Assembly (NCBI RefSeq): GCF_009914755.1
Contig: NC_060946.1
Length of the DNA: 64,000 bases
Reading direction: 5' to 3' (one strand)
DNA from: the human T2T-CHM13v2.0 reference genome, Homo sapiens
Position numbers and translations under genes: made by a program
Notes under the pieces: generated by a model
Told to the model about the DNA's origin: nothing
The model's input: the letters and a program-made list of their open reading frames with translations, nothing else
The model's database searches: none
In this document: positions 42,384 to 57,594 of the stretch, piece after piece
Layout: every line of letters begins with the position of its first letter
Position numbering within the stretch: the first letter of the stretch is position 1

Positions 42384-43976
42384 GAGTTAGTTTTTTACTG
42401 TCAGGTTATTTTTACTGTTATGATTACATCATCTCCCAAGGTGCCTTTTTGGCAAATGGAAATCCTGGTACACATCAATGTATCTGGTCAAGGCAAAGAG
42501 GTTTCTTTTAAGCTACAAGCCCGACTCTCCAGTAACATACAACTCACCAGTGTGTCATGCGGCTCTCCTGAAAACGTATTTTTCACGTGTTATACCATCT
42601 CACAGGTAAACCTTGACTTGATTTGTATCAACTGGCCAGGCCATCCTTCCTGATGGCTGCTTCTTGGCGTTGGGAGGCTGTGGACATGTCTAAAGCACTG
42701 GAATTCAGCTGGGTCTCCTCTTAAATTGCACGAGTGCTGCGCTCTAGCTGTCTACCTTCATTACCTGCCCACCTGGATGTAGCTGGGTAAGATCTCAGAA
42801 AGGGTAGCGGTTATGCGCTGGGATTTGAAATATTTTAACTCTTTGGTTCAAATACGTGGCTCGTGAACCGGGAGGTTCCATACAGTTACATAACAAGTAA
42901 TCTGTCAAGTCAATAGTTGCAGGGCTGATCTCTCAAATCCTAAGGGGCAGGTGAAGACAGGAAGGATGGCTTCCCCCCTACTTCTGCCGTCGTTACCCGA
43001 TCCTGCTTCCGGCTCCACTTGACACCCTTGAAGGGCTTTTATACACGTCTTTATTAGGGCATCTCTCCCCTTCTGTTCAGGTCTGAATGGACTTTAAAAC
43101 CAGAGGCTCTGCTGGGGAGAGGGATTATTCTCATCATCTTTGTGTTCCTGAAGCCATCAGTGCATCAGGGTAGGCAGTCAATAAAGTGTTTTGAATAAAT
43201 GATCAGGATAAAGAGTTCTAATCCTCTGTCTGAGCTTCGCTCCACTATAATGTTGAGCATATTCTGGCCTTGGTTTCCTGATCTTAACACAGAGACTTCA
43301 TGACCACCATGCCTGTCAGGTAGCTTGGTGCTACGCAGTTCCCCAAGAACAAATGGGAACGGCCGCCTCATGAAAAGGGCAAGTCTACCAAGACGGCAAG
43401 AGTTCTCACAGCACTCAGGAGAGAAATTCTGACGAAGACGCCAATGGCACAGAGGACATCAAAGTTCTGAAAAGAGACTACCTCGAATGGCTCGATGTCC
43501 TGACACAAGCACTTCACTTCACGGTAGAGAGGAGTTTGGTTCCGGGAAGCAGCTTGCTCACCAGAAAGGGGCCCAGTGTTGACACGTGGCGGGTGAAGGG
43601 CAGAGGAGGACATGGGTCAGCACGAGCAAGTCCAGGCTGACGTGCTTTCCCCAAGACTCCAGGCTCTATTCCAACCCTCCTGTCCTCCAGAGCAGAGTGC
43701 CCCTGACACTCTCAGTCCGGAATGCATCCAAAGCCAGCTCTGATGTGACCCTCCTGTGAGCAGCCACACAGCCTCAGGCAGGCTCGGTCTACATCGCAGG
43801 ATCCACAGAGACAAACCCACGTTCCAACAAAAGGCTTCTCTTAAATAGGTTCAGATGCCTTTCTTTTAAAGACACAAAATCACATATACATACTCCCTTG
43901 GCTAGCTGCAGATGTGTTTTTGGAAAGAAACTAAAGTTGCCTGCCGCAGTGCCCATGACTACCCTGTAAAACGTCA

Positions 43977-44104
43977 ATCACAGTCACACTTCTGTTTTCA
44001 CCTGTCAGAGGGCCACTGAGGCTGGCCTGGAAGAGAAACATCGATCACAGTCACACTTCTGTTTTCACCTGTCAGAGGGCCACTGAGGCTGGCCTGGAAG
44101 AGAA
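43977..44104. repeat. 61-bp direct duplication (67-bp period)
   Basis: atcacagtcacacttctgttttcacc...gaagagaa at 43977 and 44044. Confidence 0.95.
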
Positions 44105-44463
44105 TCATTAGTGTCTCGGAATGGAGAGGCTCTAAACAAGCAGACAGACACTAAGAACAAAGGCTGATGGTGCAGGAGCGCACAGCCCAGGCTCGGGGCA
44201 CCCTTTCTACAGCATCAGCAGCAGCTGAGCAGCTGCGGGTCTATCATCACCCATAAAACACCCATTGGTGCACTGATTCCAAGAGGAAATCAGGTACCCT
44301 CCTTTCCTCCAAAGGGGCCACCTGAGGCTCCTGGGTCTAACCAGCAACCCCAGACAGGCCCTGGGACCACGCATAAACCCTTGCTCTGCCTAAGAGAAAG
44401 CTACCTGGCTCCTACTCACATTTCCGACTTTCAGGTTAGGAGTTGAAAATTTAGCTTAATGAA

Positions 44464-44829
<366 letters not shown>

Positions 44830-45814
44830 CTAGGGTGTCATAGAATCAGTAGGTGACTTCACATCCCATTCACGCAGGCTGAGGGAAAAAGCAATGCCAA
44901 ATTTAGCCAAGCAGCCATGGAGATTTAACCGTGCTTCACAACAGCTGGCACGCAACGAAGGTCCACTCCCCCAGCCCACTCTGCTGCAGCCTGGAGACAG
45001 CCAAGCTCTCACCTCTTCTGCTTCCCCCAGCTTCTGTTGGCTGAAGATATATCTCAACGGGCCACCTTGTCCTAACCCCACAGCAGGCACAGGCCAGAGA
45101 GGGAGGCCCGTACACAGCCAGTAGAAATGATTCTAATTCACCCTCACTCTAATTCTTCCAGAATTTCCTGGAATCCTTGCCAATGACAATCACATTTGAT
45201 ATTCTTGTAATGCTTTTAAATAAACAAGTTTCATACATCTTAACTTATGCGCTCTTCACAACAACTTTAGCAGACAGAGGAGCAGGTAGCATTTTTCTTC
45301 ATTTAAAAATTTTACACATGGTGAAACTGAGGCTCACAGAGGTTATGACAGCAAGCATGACAGGTGGCAGAACTGAAACTCAAATTCACATCTTCTGTTT
45401 CAAGATCTGTGCTGGTTCCATTGAGACCCAGCTCCACTCTCTGAGGCTGGGGCCACCACCAAAGGGTGTGCACATCCACTGGGGTACAGAAACAACACAG
45501 GATCTCTGCTTTTATTTTGCAGGTCTGCCTTCTAAAATGATCTGCACCCGCCCGTCCTATGGCATGCAGTCTTCGTACAGGGTCCCGACGTGTGAGAAAG
45601 CACAGCCACTAGGAAGTGTGTTCACGGTTTTGTGGGGGCTGACAGGTCTGGAGGCCTGGGCTGGGAGCTGGCAACACTGTTCAGGATCACTTTTCTGATT
45701 CTCACCATCCTCTATCCTGATGGCCTCCTCTACCCCACGCCCACTTCTCCCACAATATAACTGAGGCTGACAGCATGTCAATGTCATGTCCTTTCTTCTA
45801 ACCTTAGTCTAGAT

Positions 45815-46025
45815 CCGTGATTCTCAACTGGGGTGATTTTTCCCCTGGGTCACTTGGCAATGTCTGGAGACATTTTCTGTTGACACAGCTTGGGGAGGGG
45901 GTGCTACTGATGTCTGATGGGGAGAGGCCAGGGACACACCCGACACACCACAAGGCACAGGAAGCCCTCACAGCAAAGCAGGATCCAGCCCAAAACGTCC
46001 ACAGTGCTGGGCTGGAGAAGCCCTG
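45815..46025 (+). mobile_element. MER20 DNA transposon relic
   Basis: ttctcaactggggtgatttt...ggcaatgtctggagacatttt...cagcccaaaacgtccacagtgct. Confidence 0.8.
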
Positions 46026-48279
46026 GCTTAGAAGTTATATCAAGTTATTTCTAATCTCTTACCAAACAGGCCGACCAACCAACTCTCCACAAGGTCTGAC
46101 GTGGTAAGCTCACGACCCTTCACCGTGGCTGCCAAGGTGCAATGCCTGACCAGCAGGAGTGCAGTACATGGAGGACCAACCGAGAACTGCCTGGTGAACA
46201 GGTAGCTCTGGGCTTGCCGTCCACAGACAGGAAATCCATGAGAGAGGTGCATGCTGTGACAAACTTGGTCACTGCCACTCGCTGAGCACCTGCACCCCAA
46301 GTAGCTGCATGAGCCGCCTGAACTTTCCCTTGTCTCATGACGCGACTCTACTGATGGAAGGTGATTCTGCTCCTCCTGGCAATGCCCCTGGAGGGCACCT
46401 GCACATCCCCTACCCCTCCGTCCATGTTTGTCATGTGCATGAGGCCGCAGGAATTAAAGGAGACCACCAGAGATGAATCTGATGGGCTTCTCGCCTTTCA
46501 CTCACTTTCTCCTGGCTGGATGCTAGAAGCCTCTGACAGACGGGACGTTCCACTTGGATATTACAGCAGGACGTCTCACTAAACCCAGGAAGAAAACTGA
46601 CGGGAGAACATGGCATGGAAAAACACACCTACCTTTGTGCTGTGTTCTCAACTCCTCTTTTTCCCCATTTTCCAGAAACCTCCAACCTGAGAGCTCTGAG
46701 TGCCCCTGCCACAGTGTGCCTTGCCGAGGTCAGGCCAGGCCGTGCCACACATGCCCAGGAGGCTTCCTGAAAACCTCTCTATGCCGAACCATGTTGCAGC
46801 TGGCAGGCACAACCAGGACTTCCCATGCACACTTAGCCCAAAGACTTACGAGTCAATCACTTTACGTGTGAGTTCAGTACAGAGTGGCCCAAGCCTGAGT
46901 AGATCAGAATGTCCATATTCAGCACAAAAAGAGGTACAAAATCATCCCTTCCTTCCCCTATCCCTAACCCTACAGAGGCCCAGGGCAGGCAATGTCTTAA
47001 GAGGACTGTGAATGGCAGCTGTGAAGCTGTAACACAATGGAAGTGTCAGCTCCACCTTCACTCAGGCCTTTGAAACGTATCAGAAAATGAGGTGGTAGAG
47101 GAAAAGCCAACAGATTTATAAGCTAGAAGCAGTTACACCAGAACTCAAAGAAAAAACATCCCCCAAGCATGTTCCCCAATCCTCCACATCACTGGCAGGG
47201 CGGACGGATGGAGGAAGGGCTTACTCTTCATAACAAAACCTCAGGCTGGATTCGAGAGGACCAAAACGAAGGATGATATAGAGAAAATGAAGAGAAAGTC
47301 CATTTCATATTATTTACAGTCAATTCGGATGGTTGTCATTCTCTTCCTCCATTTCTTTAATGACTTCCCCCATTGCACCTCAGTGATGAAATCCTTTGCC
47401 TTTATTTAATGTGCTGTCTTTCCAGAGGCACATTCCCAACTCTGGGATGGTTGTCAAATTGGGAGACCTGTATTTTCCAGGAATAATGAAATGGAAACTC
47501 ACTGGCTTCTCCAGGGCATCTACACATAGGGTTCTTGCCTCTCGCCCACGCTGCCGAGCCCAGGCTGCAGAGAATGATGAAGGGCAGCTCCTGTGTCCTC
47601 TGCACAGCCTCTGCCCAACTCTGAGTTTATTGGTTACGTGGCCTTGGCCAAGCCTGCCTAACTCCTATGTGCCTGTTTCCCCATGTGCAACATGGGGCCT
47701 GCCTCCCTTATGGCTGCTGTGAGGATCCAAGGTCAGCTACACAAAGCATCTGCTCAGGGCCTGTGCACAGTGCGTGCTACATGTTAGCGACCGCTGCTGC
47801 CGCTACTGTGTGTCTCCCAGCATCGTCTTCTGTGAGTGAGTATGGCAAGGGCCCCCAGGGCTAACTGATCAACATCAGTCACATGTGGGGAAAACAGCAG
47901 GAGTGACGGCACTGCAAGCTTTACTGTCAATTTTTATTTGGGGAAAGTATTTTGGCAGAGAAGAGGGCTTTCTTGGTTGCAAACACAGACAAGCCCTAAG
48001 CATGGTCTTTTGAGCAGCATGAAGGATTGCTGCTGGCTCTCGGCAACACAGCAAGCCAGTGCGGACTCTTACCTCCCTGGCCCTTCATTCTCCTCTCTAA
48101 GCACCCAGTGCTTCCTGTTTCTCTGAGATCGCAGAGCCCTCTTCCCTGCACCCTCCACCCCAGCGTTCCCGTGCCTCTACCAACGCCAATGCCCCAAGAA
48201 GGCTGAACTGGCCAAAAGGAAGGCAGCAGCTGGTTCAGAGTAATTCACGTTAGATGAAACTCTAGAAGAAAATGTTTAC

Positions 48280-48591
<312 letters not shown>

Positions 48592-48809
48592 GAAAATGTT
48601 TACTTTTAAAAGAACCTACTGACCTAGTCTCTCGGTAGTAAAATGATAGGAAAGAAATTTTATAGCTGGTCTCACTGTAACCTGGTCTTTTTAGAGTCTT
48701 AGTTCTGGGGAACAGGGCAACAATAAATAAATTGCTGCCATAATCCTGTTAATCGATACCAGCTCTTCCTTGGTCACCAGGTTGTACTTTGTCCATGAAA
48801 ACTACTCTG

Positions 48810-49160
48810 GCAGGAGTCCCCACCCCCTGCGCTGTGGCCCGGGCTGGGTCATAGACCCACCGCCTGTCAGGAACCAGGCCGCATAGCAGGAGGGGAGTGG
48901 CTGGCTAGTGAGTGTCACAGCCTGAGCTCCGCCTCCTGTCAGATCAGCGGTGGCGGCACGAGATTCTCCCAGGAGCGGGAACCTATTGTGAAGTGAGCAT
49001 GTGAGGGACCCACGCCGCATGCTCCTTATGAGAATCCAACTAAGGCCTGATGATCTGAGGTGGAAGAGTTTCATCCCAAAACCACTGCCCACCCCAGTCT
49101 GTGAAAAAACTGTCTTCCACGAAACCAGACCCTGGTGCCAGCAAGGTTGGGGAACACGGC
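48810..49160 (+). mobile_element. MER1B-like DNA transposon relic
   Basis: gcctgagctccgcctcctgtcagatcagcgg...ctccttatgagaatc...ccctggtgccagcaaggttgggga. Confidence 0.85.
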
Positions 49161-51843
49161 CTGCGGCGTGGCTCTTCTCCCGCAGGTGCAGGAGAGTTGA
49201 TCACAGAACACAGAATAAGGAAATCAGTCACTTAACAGTCACACCTGGGCAGTCTCATGTGATTAATGTAGAAGCACAAAGAGCTGGGTAAGTACAGAAA
49301 GAAATAGAGATAAAGAAAACACAAGAGGCCAAGAGAAGTTCTGTAAGGATTTTTCTAGTAGCTGTCCCAGCATGGCCCCAAGAGTCTGCAGCAAGGCGGA
49401 GCTGGGGCCCTAGATTCCCTGTCTGTGGAAGGGTGTTCCAAAACTTCCTTTCATGCCAGCAAGGGCCTTCTGAGGGGCGTGTGCCTTCTTCCCGTTTTAG
49501 GCACATTCTGCCTATGCACGGCATACTTCTTATTGCTGGGAGGAAAAGCACATCAGTGACAAGGTTGGGCTTAGCTAGCCTGAGTTAGGGTGAAGATGCT
49601 GGCAGTGATTCAACCTCTTGCCCACTGTCCTTCTTGGAGACCCATTAAAGGGCCCCCAAAATATTCAGAAAGTGTTCATAAACTGCTTTTGCAAAGTGAT
49701 GTGGAAGTTGGCCCACAGGAAGTAAAATGGAGCTGGTGTTCACGTGGCTGGTAGAACCCGGAAGTAATTGATGGAGAGTCCCATCCACCTGGAGGCCCGC
49801 ATCCCCTCCCGGGCAATGAAACGTGTTTCTGCGTACAAGCCTACCACCCCCTCCCGCCAAGGTAAGCGGTGAGGAGACAAGGAGCAATTATAAAGAAAGA
49901 GGTGTTGGCAGCCAACAGGGTGCTGAGAATTCCGGGCGGTGGTGAGAGGAGCCCACAGTGCCATGACCTGACCTGGGCAGGAGTGCCAATGGGCCTCACC
50001 ACCCCTTGTTTCATTATGACTAATCTACTTGCTGGCACTTGTGAGGCGCTTGGCTGGGTGAGCTGCAAGGTAAGGGCTGGTTTTTGAGTCTAAAGGAGGT
50101 TTCAGGGCTTCGTGAAAGGGGCTGGAATTCGGAAAGACTTCTCCTGAAATCTCTGCCTGGCTGCTGCCGTTCAGAGCTCCACATGGGTGTTTTTATCTCG
50201 GGGAGCACTTGTGGGACCGGGTCCTATACGGCATCATCCTGCCCTATTTTTTAGCATGAAAATAAGAGTGGCCCATTTTCACAGCCGCTCTCCTTCCATG
50301 TGTGTGCCACGGCCTCCCTCTTAGGCAGTGTGTTAATTAGGGAAACTGACAGGGAATTTATGAGAAAAAAGAACAGATTTCAAGAAGTTTCAGAAGGAAA
50401 CTGAGATCCAAAAGGGATTTTCTGGGGTGTTCCCAATGGGCAGCACAGAATCACGTTGGGTGTCCCCACCTTCCTGCTGGAAGCCTCAGGCATCGCTGTG
50501 AACAGCAGTGGTCCCCTCCCCTTTATTACTGGGGGATGGGCAGGCAACAGCAGCCAGGGGCTGAGATTTGAAAATTATGCACACGTATGTATCCATCCTT
50601 ATTACTGACGCTTAGTTAATTTGTCACTTATTGCGCCCCCCACATCCCAATTCCTTCTCTCCCTTCTGCAGGCACTAGGATACTGACTGACTTATTTCAG
50701 AGAAAGGGGAGCCAGAGGCTACAGACCTGGGGGGCTGAGGGGAGGAAGGACATGAGCAGGCCAGGAGACACCGCCCAGACTCTCAGAACCATCGAGGCTC
50801 TGAGGAAAATGACGGTGTCACAGCAGAGCTGTGAGCTACTGGGGGGTGAGGCCCTCCCTAACCTGGACTGTGGTTGTCGAGAATGCCAAGCAGACCCCAG
50901 GGACCTGCTGCTCTGATCTATGGGGAAGCCAAGACCTCTTCACGTTCCAAGAGAGCTGCTTCAGGGGGACGGAGGCCAGAGAGGGCTCTTTCATGTGAGA
51001 ACACCCAAGTGCCTAGGGCCCGGCAGGTGCAGACTCGGGGCTGAGTGCTTTGCCCACTACAGCACAGTGCCCTCTCTTGGGCCAATTCAGCATGAGGCTA
51101 GGCCTGTGCCCACTGCAGCTGACAAAATGCGGGAACAGTGCCACGGCTGCTAATGCCAGCAGCGGTGTGTGTGAGAAGGGAATAGTCTGTTTTTAATGCA
51201 GGCTAGTCCCTCCAGGCTGGAGAAGGGCCAAAAAGAATCAGATATCCCAGCTTAGCGTCCAGGTCACACCAAAGACAGCATGAGAGAGAAATCAGCTCAG
51301 GAAGAAAGAGCAAGAACTTTCAACCTTACCAGGAGCAAGGCTGTTGTGCCTGCGGGCACGCCTGGCAGAGCCTCCAGGCGGAAGACAGACACGCCCCTGG
51401 CCCCAGCTCCCTGCCACAGTTGGAGGGAGGAAGAAGGTGCCTGGCTCTATGTCCCTATGGTTGACCAGGCTCTGTGTGGCATTTCTACCCCTCCATCCGC
51501 CCAGCCTGCGGGCCCTCCTGCTGGTGGACTGCACCTGAGGCCCATGGGCACAGGTGGCATCCTTCTTGCTTTTCTCCACTTGCAGCTGCTGCAAAGCAAA
51601 ACTTCGCACCACTCCAGCCCCTACACAGGAGTCCTCTGTTAACGGGAAGCTATGTCAGGTATAAAAACCTATTTCCCCCACTTTGCACCTCTGCTGTCTT
51701 GCTGACCCCCCGGAGTGGGAGTCCTGAGCCACAGTGGCCTCAAGCTCACTCCCAAGACCTGCCTGAGCCTCCCCCTTTCCCACCCTCTGGTCAAGAGAAA
51801 GGGAAGGAAAAGAAAAACTCAGAAATCCGAAGATTGTTTGGAA

Positions 51844-51849
51844 TTTATT
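51844..51849 (-). terminator. Candidate poly(A) signal AATAAA for the short read-through isoform
   Basis: First canonical AATAAA I found on the minus strand downstream of the 56325 stop; U-rich/UGUA sequence upstream and U-rich sequence downstream (gagtttttcttttcctt). Confidence 0.6.
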
Positions 51850-53925
51850 CTCTTAAATAAGAATGTAACATTTGTTAAAAAAAAAATTAAAAGCACGACA
51901 ACTTGGTTTCACAGTCAACGGCAAAAACAAAGTTACACAATTAAATAAAAACTCACAAAGAAACACACCAAGAACTCACAAGAGCACAAGTTAAAAACAA
52001 AGGCAAAAATGGAAGTGGAGAGAAGGCGGGCAGTAGACAGGCAGCAGTGGCGTGTTCCTTGGCACAGCTAATCCTCTCCTGTTGGGCTCTCGTACCGCCG
52101 CCGGGAAGCCGGCTGGCTGTCCGCCCCTCCCGCAGGCACCCCAAGCTGAATGGCTCGGGAGAAAAGTGAACCCCTTGGTGCCCTGCTCGGACCTTAAAGG
52201 CTATGGTGGAACTCCTTTTGGGACAGCCTAGGAATGTTCCAGTGTCTTGCAGAAAAGAGCTGAAGATGCACTAACCACCAAAAGATAGGAGTGGGCTCAA
52301 ACGGCTAACTCAGTGGAGCCAGACAGGAGACATGTGAGGCGGGTGCCCGGCTCTCCGTGGTGTCCTGGCAGCAGCAGCCCCCTGCGTTCCTAGTCTGCTC
52401 TTGGGGCCCTTTCTTGGGGGTGTGCTGCCCATTTTCTGAGACACCCACCCACTCACCTCCTTACAGGCGTGCTGCCCGTACGCTGCTGTGCATCCCCAAA
52501 GCCCTGACCTGGAGTACGGCTCCCCAGTGTGAGGCTCCCGTGGTTCTCAGAACCAGGAACAAGCAGCTTTAGAAACAGCTTCACAATTATTATAATTACT
52601 ATAATTTAGGGTGCAACATATAAATAAATATCTACCCATATATGTGCAATTAGATCTATATACATACAAACGTGTACCTATATATAAACATTCACACATC
52701 ACCGTCAGCTATGGCTCTTGGGGTAAGGTGGGAGGTAAGCTGGATTGTAGAATTCTCTTGCTCCACTAAAAAGCTTTCCATAAATGCCTAGAAGGGAAGG
52801 GGACGTGGGAAGCAGTAAGACTTCCGAACTTCCCTCTGTCAGGTGGGAACCCTAGGGTTGAATGAAATTCTACTGCCTGGCTACCCTTCTAGCTGGTGTG
52901 GGAAAGGCCTGCATTTCCTAAAGGCCCATTCAGGATCCGAACTATGGAACCTCATGGTTATCGGGCAAGGAATGTCTGGGGACAGGGGTCAGGCAACTGC
53001 CACTTGTGACCTTCATTTTTTAACTTCAGATCATCTTTTCCATAAGATGACAGGAAACTAACGTGCTTCTCCCCGTCCATCTCTGGCCGGTAATGAACCC
53101 GGTGATGAGCACTCGGGGAAAAAGCTCTTCTGTTCCTTTCCGGCTATGCCTTCGGCTTCCCTACTTCATTTTTGGTCATCAACCGTATCAGATAAAAAGA
53201 GGATTCCTCTGGACAAAAACGAATTCAAGAAACCTGTAACTAAACTTCTCATGTCCAAGGGGAAAATAATCCCTTTTGGGGATTTCCTTTCTCTGCCTAT
53301 TGTTCAAGCTTTTTCTAAAGTCATGGTGGACAGTACAAGGCCAGGGTAAGAAAATCTGTGCCAGGACCACTAACACGCAGTAGTAAGTATAAGCTTGGAA
53401 ACACAGCATTCATAGATTTAAGAACAAAAAAGAGGATTTCTATATTAAAAGCACATTACAAACAGAAATACTGTAAACAATGCCCCCAAACACTAAATTA
53501 GGCAGCAGGTACAGATTTGGTTACCAGAGAAAGACAATACTTTAAAGCCGACCTAGAGTGGTTCTTTGAACTGCAGGTTGTAATTGGGTGTGGGTGTGTT
53601 TTTTTGTTTTTGTTTTGGCAACAGCAAGAATTTTGGCATAAAAAGAAAAAGAACATAAAGGAGAAGAGAGAAATGCCACAATATAAAGAGGAGGCACAGA
53701 GTAAAAGCACAGCTGGGTCAAACACTGCCCAGTCATAGCTTTACCAGCCCTGCCTCCTGGGACGTGGGTCTAGGGAGGATGGCTGAGTTACACACAAGAG
53801 AATCAAGTGCCGTCATCATCGCCTCTACTGGTCGAGTGCACAGTAGAGGCGGTTACCATGGGCCTGAGCTAATGACTGTTCTCTACAACATACATTCTGG
53901 GACCCTGAAACACCTGAGCTTTCCC

Positions 53926-54230
<305 letters not shown>

Positions 54231-56324
54231 ACACCTGAGCTTTTCTGAAACTTTTCAAAAGGAAGTCTAGTTAAGTCCTCAAAGCTTCAGTTTCATATTT
54301 AAAGAAGGAAATCTCTATCAAAGGAGAAAAGGGTATCTATTTCATGCCAGCCATAAAATACTGCCCATAATCCTGTTCCTTTTCTACCAAGGCTAGCAGC
54401 AGAGTGAGCTCACCGGGAGGCAAGGTGCCCTGATTCTGAGCTGCCGGACTAAGATGTTCTGGACTCTGAGCTGCCGGAGGGTAAGCCCCTCAGCCCTGAG
54501 CTCACTGGCCTTTGCCACCCAAGCTGGGGGACAGTGCCTGTCATTAACTGTAAAGGTCCACACTGTGATTCCTTTGGGACACCACATTTTGAACTCCCGT
54601 GCTATACCAAGTCACCTTCTGGCTCAGAATCAAGAACCACGCGGACAGAGACGTCCTCAGGGCTCTGACTCTTTCTTGGTGGTTTTGCTCTTTAACCACA
54701 CTGCCAACCCTCATCCTCTCTCCCCACTATGTAGAACATTCTTCCTCTTATTCTCTATGGAAAGCGTAATTCTTTAGAACTCCTAAAAACCTGAAACCCA
54801 TTATACTTTCAATTAGATGGCAAGAATGGCAACCTCGACCAGATGGGAAAGTCAGCAAACCTGGCGTCATTCAGGAATAACCTAAACTTCACTGTGTTTA
54901 ATTCTTTTTAAAAAATGTTCTGTACTCCAAACCGAAATGGAAAGTTTAGTTTCTTTTGAGTTGTTCTACTGAGTAGTCAGGTTCCTCAGAAAATCCATCT
55001 CTGATGAAATAGGGCCCAGACTAATAAGGTGGTGCTCTCTCCAACTGAATGTACATTCTATAGCATAAAGCCAAAGTCTCTGTCTAGACCCCTTTGGTTA
55101 TTTTTCTCTACCAGTGATTCTGCCCATGCTCTGAGAGTGTCAGCTGCAAAGGCCTGTGGGTACTTCACGAGAAAGATGGATTATAAAGATCTTCAAGATT
55201 GTAGAAGGTTTAAAAGTCATTAATGGTTGAAACATGGCTATAAAATGTTGGTCCCACCTGCAGGGTACTTAAAAAACTTGCTCAGATGATAATAAGGGCA
55301 CGTGCAGTAGCAGAAGCTGCGTTCACCTGGCTTGGCTGGGTTCTCATGGCTCCCAGGGCACACCGCCTAGCCTCTGGGCGCATCTTCCCTCTCCCAGAAT
55401 GAGCACCACAAGGCCTACATGAACCAGCTGTTAGGGAAGGGAAAGGATGCAACTCTGGGAACCTCTCGTTGAAGGCCAAATGGGTAATTCTCTTGTCCCA
55501 CCATGGAAATTCTATGACCAACTCCTCCTCCACATTTCCTGGCACTGGCTGACCATCTTTAATTTTTATGAGTTTTGTATATAGCTGCTTGAGATACATG
55601 TGTTTTGAACAAGAGGAAAGTGTGACAGACAGAAACACAGCCCTGCTGGCCCCCTCTTGCCACAGTGACCCTGGGCCGTGAACCACCTGGAGCTGTATGT
55701 GGGACATTCAGAACACCCAGCAGTTTGTGGAGCTCTGGACGCATCTCACAGGCAAGTTTTACAAGTTGCTGAGAGAGGCCATTTTAAGGAAAATCTACAT
55801 AATTCTTCCCAACAGGCCTGGTACCCACAAACCCTGCGAGTCCTGTCATGCTATGACAAGAATAAATGTGTTTGTAGAGGTAGAGATGGTACTGTTCACC
55901 TCCCAACACAAGGAAGTGGTCATGAAAGTGGGACAGGTGAGGGCTTGGACCTCATGACAAGCCCAGTGGCCAAGGGGTCAGGACAGGGCATGTCCCATCA
56001 CGGTGCAGGGCAGACAGGAGAGCAGCCACAGCTCATCCACACACAGTGACAGGGAACAGGACGCAGAATCTTAAGTGAAGGTGAACCCAAAACAAGACCA
56101 CGGGGCTTAATCAACACAGCTCCAGGCCGTCAGAGGAGCTTGGAAGCAAACTGCATGAAGGCCGAGTGGCCTTGGCCTCACCAGGGCGGGTGATGGGAGC
56201 AGTGTCTGAGCGCCTGCGAGCTCCTGTCTACCTACACAGGACCTGGGCCGCCCTCAGGTGTGATGGTGCGGGACGGGGCTGAGGGACAGCACTTCACGGC
56301 TCTGCCGCCCACCGGACGGCCCCA

Positions 56325-56569
56325 TCACTGGGCCACAGCCTGCCAGTGGAACTCCCCTCTGATTTGCACCAGCACCTCCGACAGGCCATAGAGAAAGGGG
56401 ACTCCGAACGCAAGCAGCTGGCACATGAAAAAGGAGTCCAGAGGGTTTTGGGCCACTTGTTGCCCGAATGAAGAAATGTTGCTTTGGAGGTGCTGGCTCA
56501 TGCCCTTGGCCTTGTCACAGAGGCCGAGGGAGTGACGCGCCACCCAGCCAAACAAGGAAGTGAGGCTAC
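56325..56569 (-). CDS. MICAL3: Alternative C-terminus by read-through of the 56570 donor (GSLTSLFGWVARH...EFHWQAVAQ*), short isoform
   Basis: Frame stays open about 81 codons past the donor to TGA at 56325-56327 (ORF 56325..56597); matches my recollection of a short MICAL3 isoform (unverified). Confidence 0.75.
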
Positions 56570-56657
56570 CTGGGGTTCTCTCAGTGGAGCTGGCCACGGC
56601 GTTGGCCCGTCCGTTTGCATCTGTGGTGGCGCCATCCTGCAGGGGTCCTTTGGCCTC
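56570..56657 (-). CDS. MICAL3: MICAL3 coding exon (EAKGPLQDGATTDANGRANAVASSTERTP)
   Basis: ttcctag|GAGGCC acceptor, CCAG|GTAGC donor, 88 nt, phase 0 to 1. Confidence 0.93.
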
Positions 56658-56754
56658 CTAGGAAAGTTCATGAGAAAAAGAAGAGTGACTCTGACTGATG
56701 CACTCAAATCCTCAAATCCCTAGAGGCACTGACAATCTGACACGCTGGTTTTAA

Positions 56755-56757
56755 ATT

Positions 56758-56801
<44 letters not shown>

Positions 56802-56915
56802 GAGACAGGGCCTTGCTGGCACCCAGGCTGGAGTGCAGCGGCATCATCATAGCTCACTGCAGCCCCGACCTCCTGGGCTCAAGCAATCCTCCCACCTCAG
56901 CCTCCTGAGTCACCC
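56755..56915 (-). mobile_element. Alu right monomer (FRAM/AluJ) with (TTTA)n tail
   Basis: (TTTA)n at 56757-56800 followed by right-arm sequence. Confidence 0.85.
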
Positions 56916-57594
56916 GGAGTCAAAGTCTAGATCCACCTAGGTGCACCTCTTCCTGCCAGTCCCTCTGCAGGCAACAGAAGCCCTCAAGGGGGACTGACAG
57001 GCAGGCGTGCTGACAAGGTGGCAACCATGCTGAAGAGACTGCTGGGTTCACCGCGACAAAGACAGGTGGAGAAGCCACCCTCATTAAAAAGAGGATAAGG
57101 AAGGAAAAAATTCACAGACAAATAACTCACAGAACTAGTGAAAGGCCCCGCAGGCAGGGCGCCCTTTGGGTGTGGGGAGTGAGGGTGGGGCCACCGAGGG
57201 ATCCTCCCAACAGTCTCCTCTCCCACCCTGCCCTTCTGGAGGAGGCTCTAATCATGTGGAACATGAGGCGGCATCACCCCAGTGGCAGGGTGTCCTCTCA
57301 GAAAGATGTGTGTTGACGAAGGCAGATGTCTACGCAGCTGAGATGGAGAGCTGCATCATCTCCTGGGTCCGACTCAGGGGGCAGGTGGAGCCTTTACCTT
57401 AGCGAGGCAACCTCAGATCATCCATGAAAAGATGGTTCCCTCTCCACCCCGGACTGCCACTGCATTTCGGGCCCTCCCCGTTCCCAGGAGAGGCAAGGAC
57501 GCAGGGGCATTTGCAGGTTGGCCGCCCCCGGCCCATAGCCACACTGCTGCAACACCCACTGCTTCTCCCCCACTTACAGGAGAGTCACCATTAC

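Noticed and set aside
56984-57115. Pyrimidine tract followed by an open phase-0 frame (GGFSTCLCRGEPSS...)
   Set aside because: GAG acceptor and no good in-frame donor
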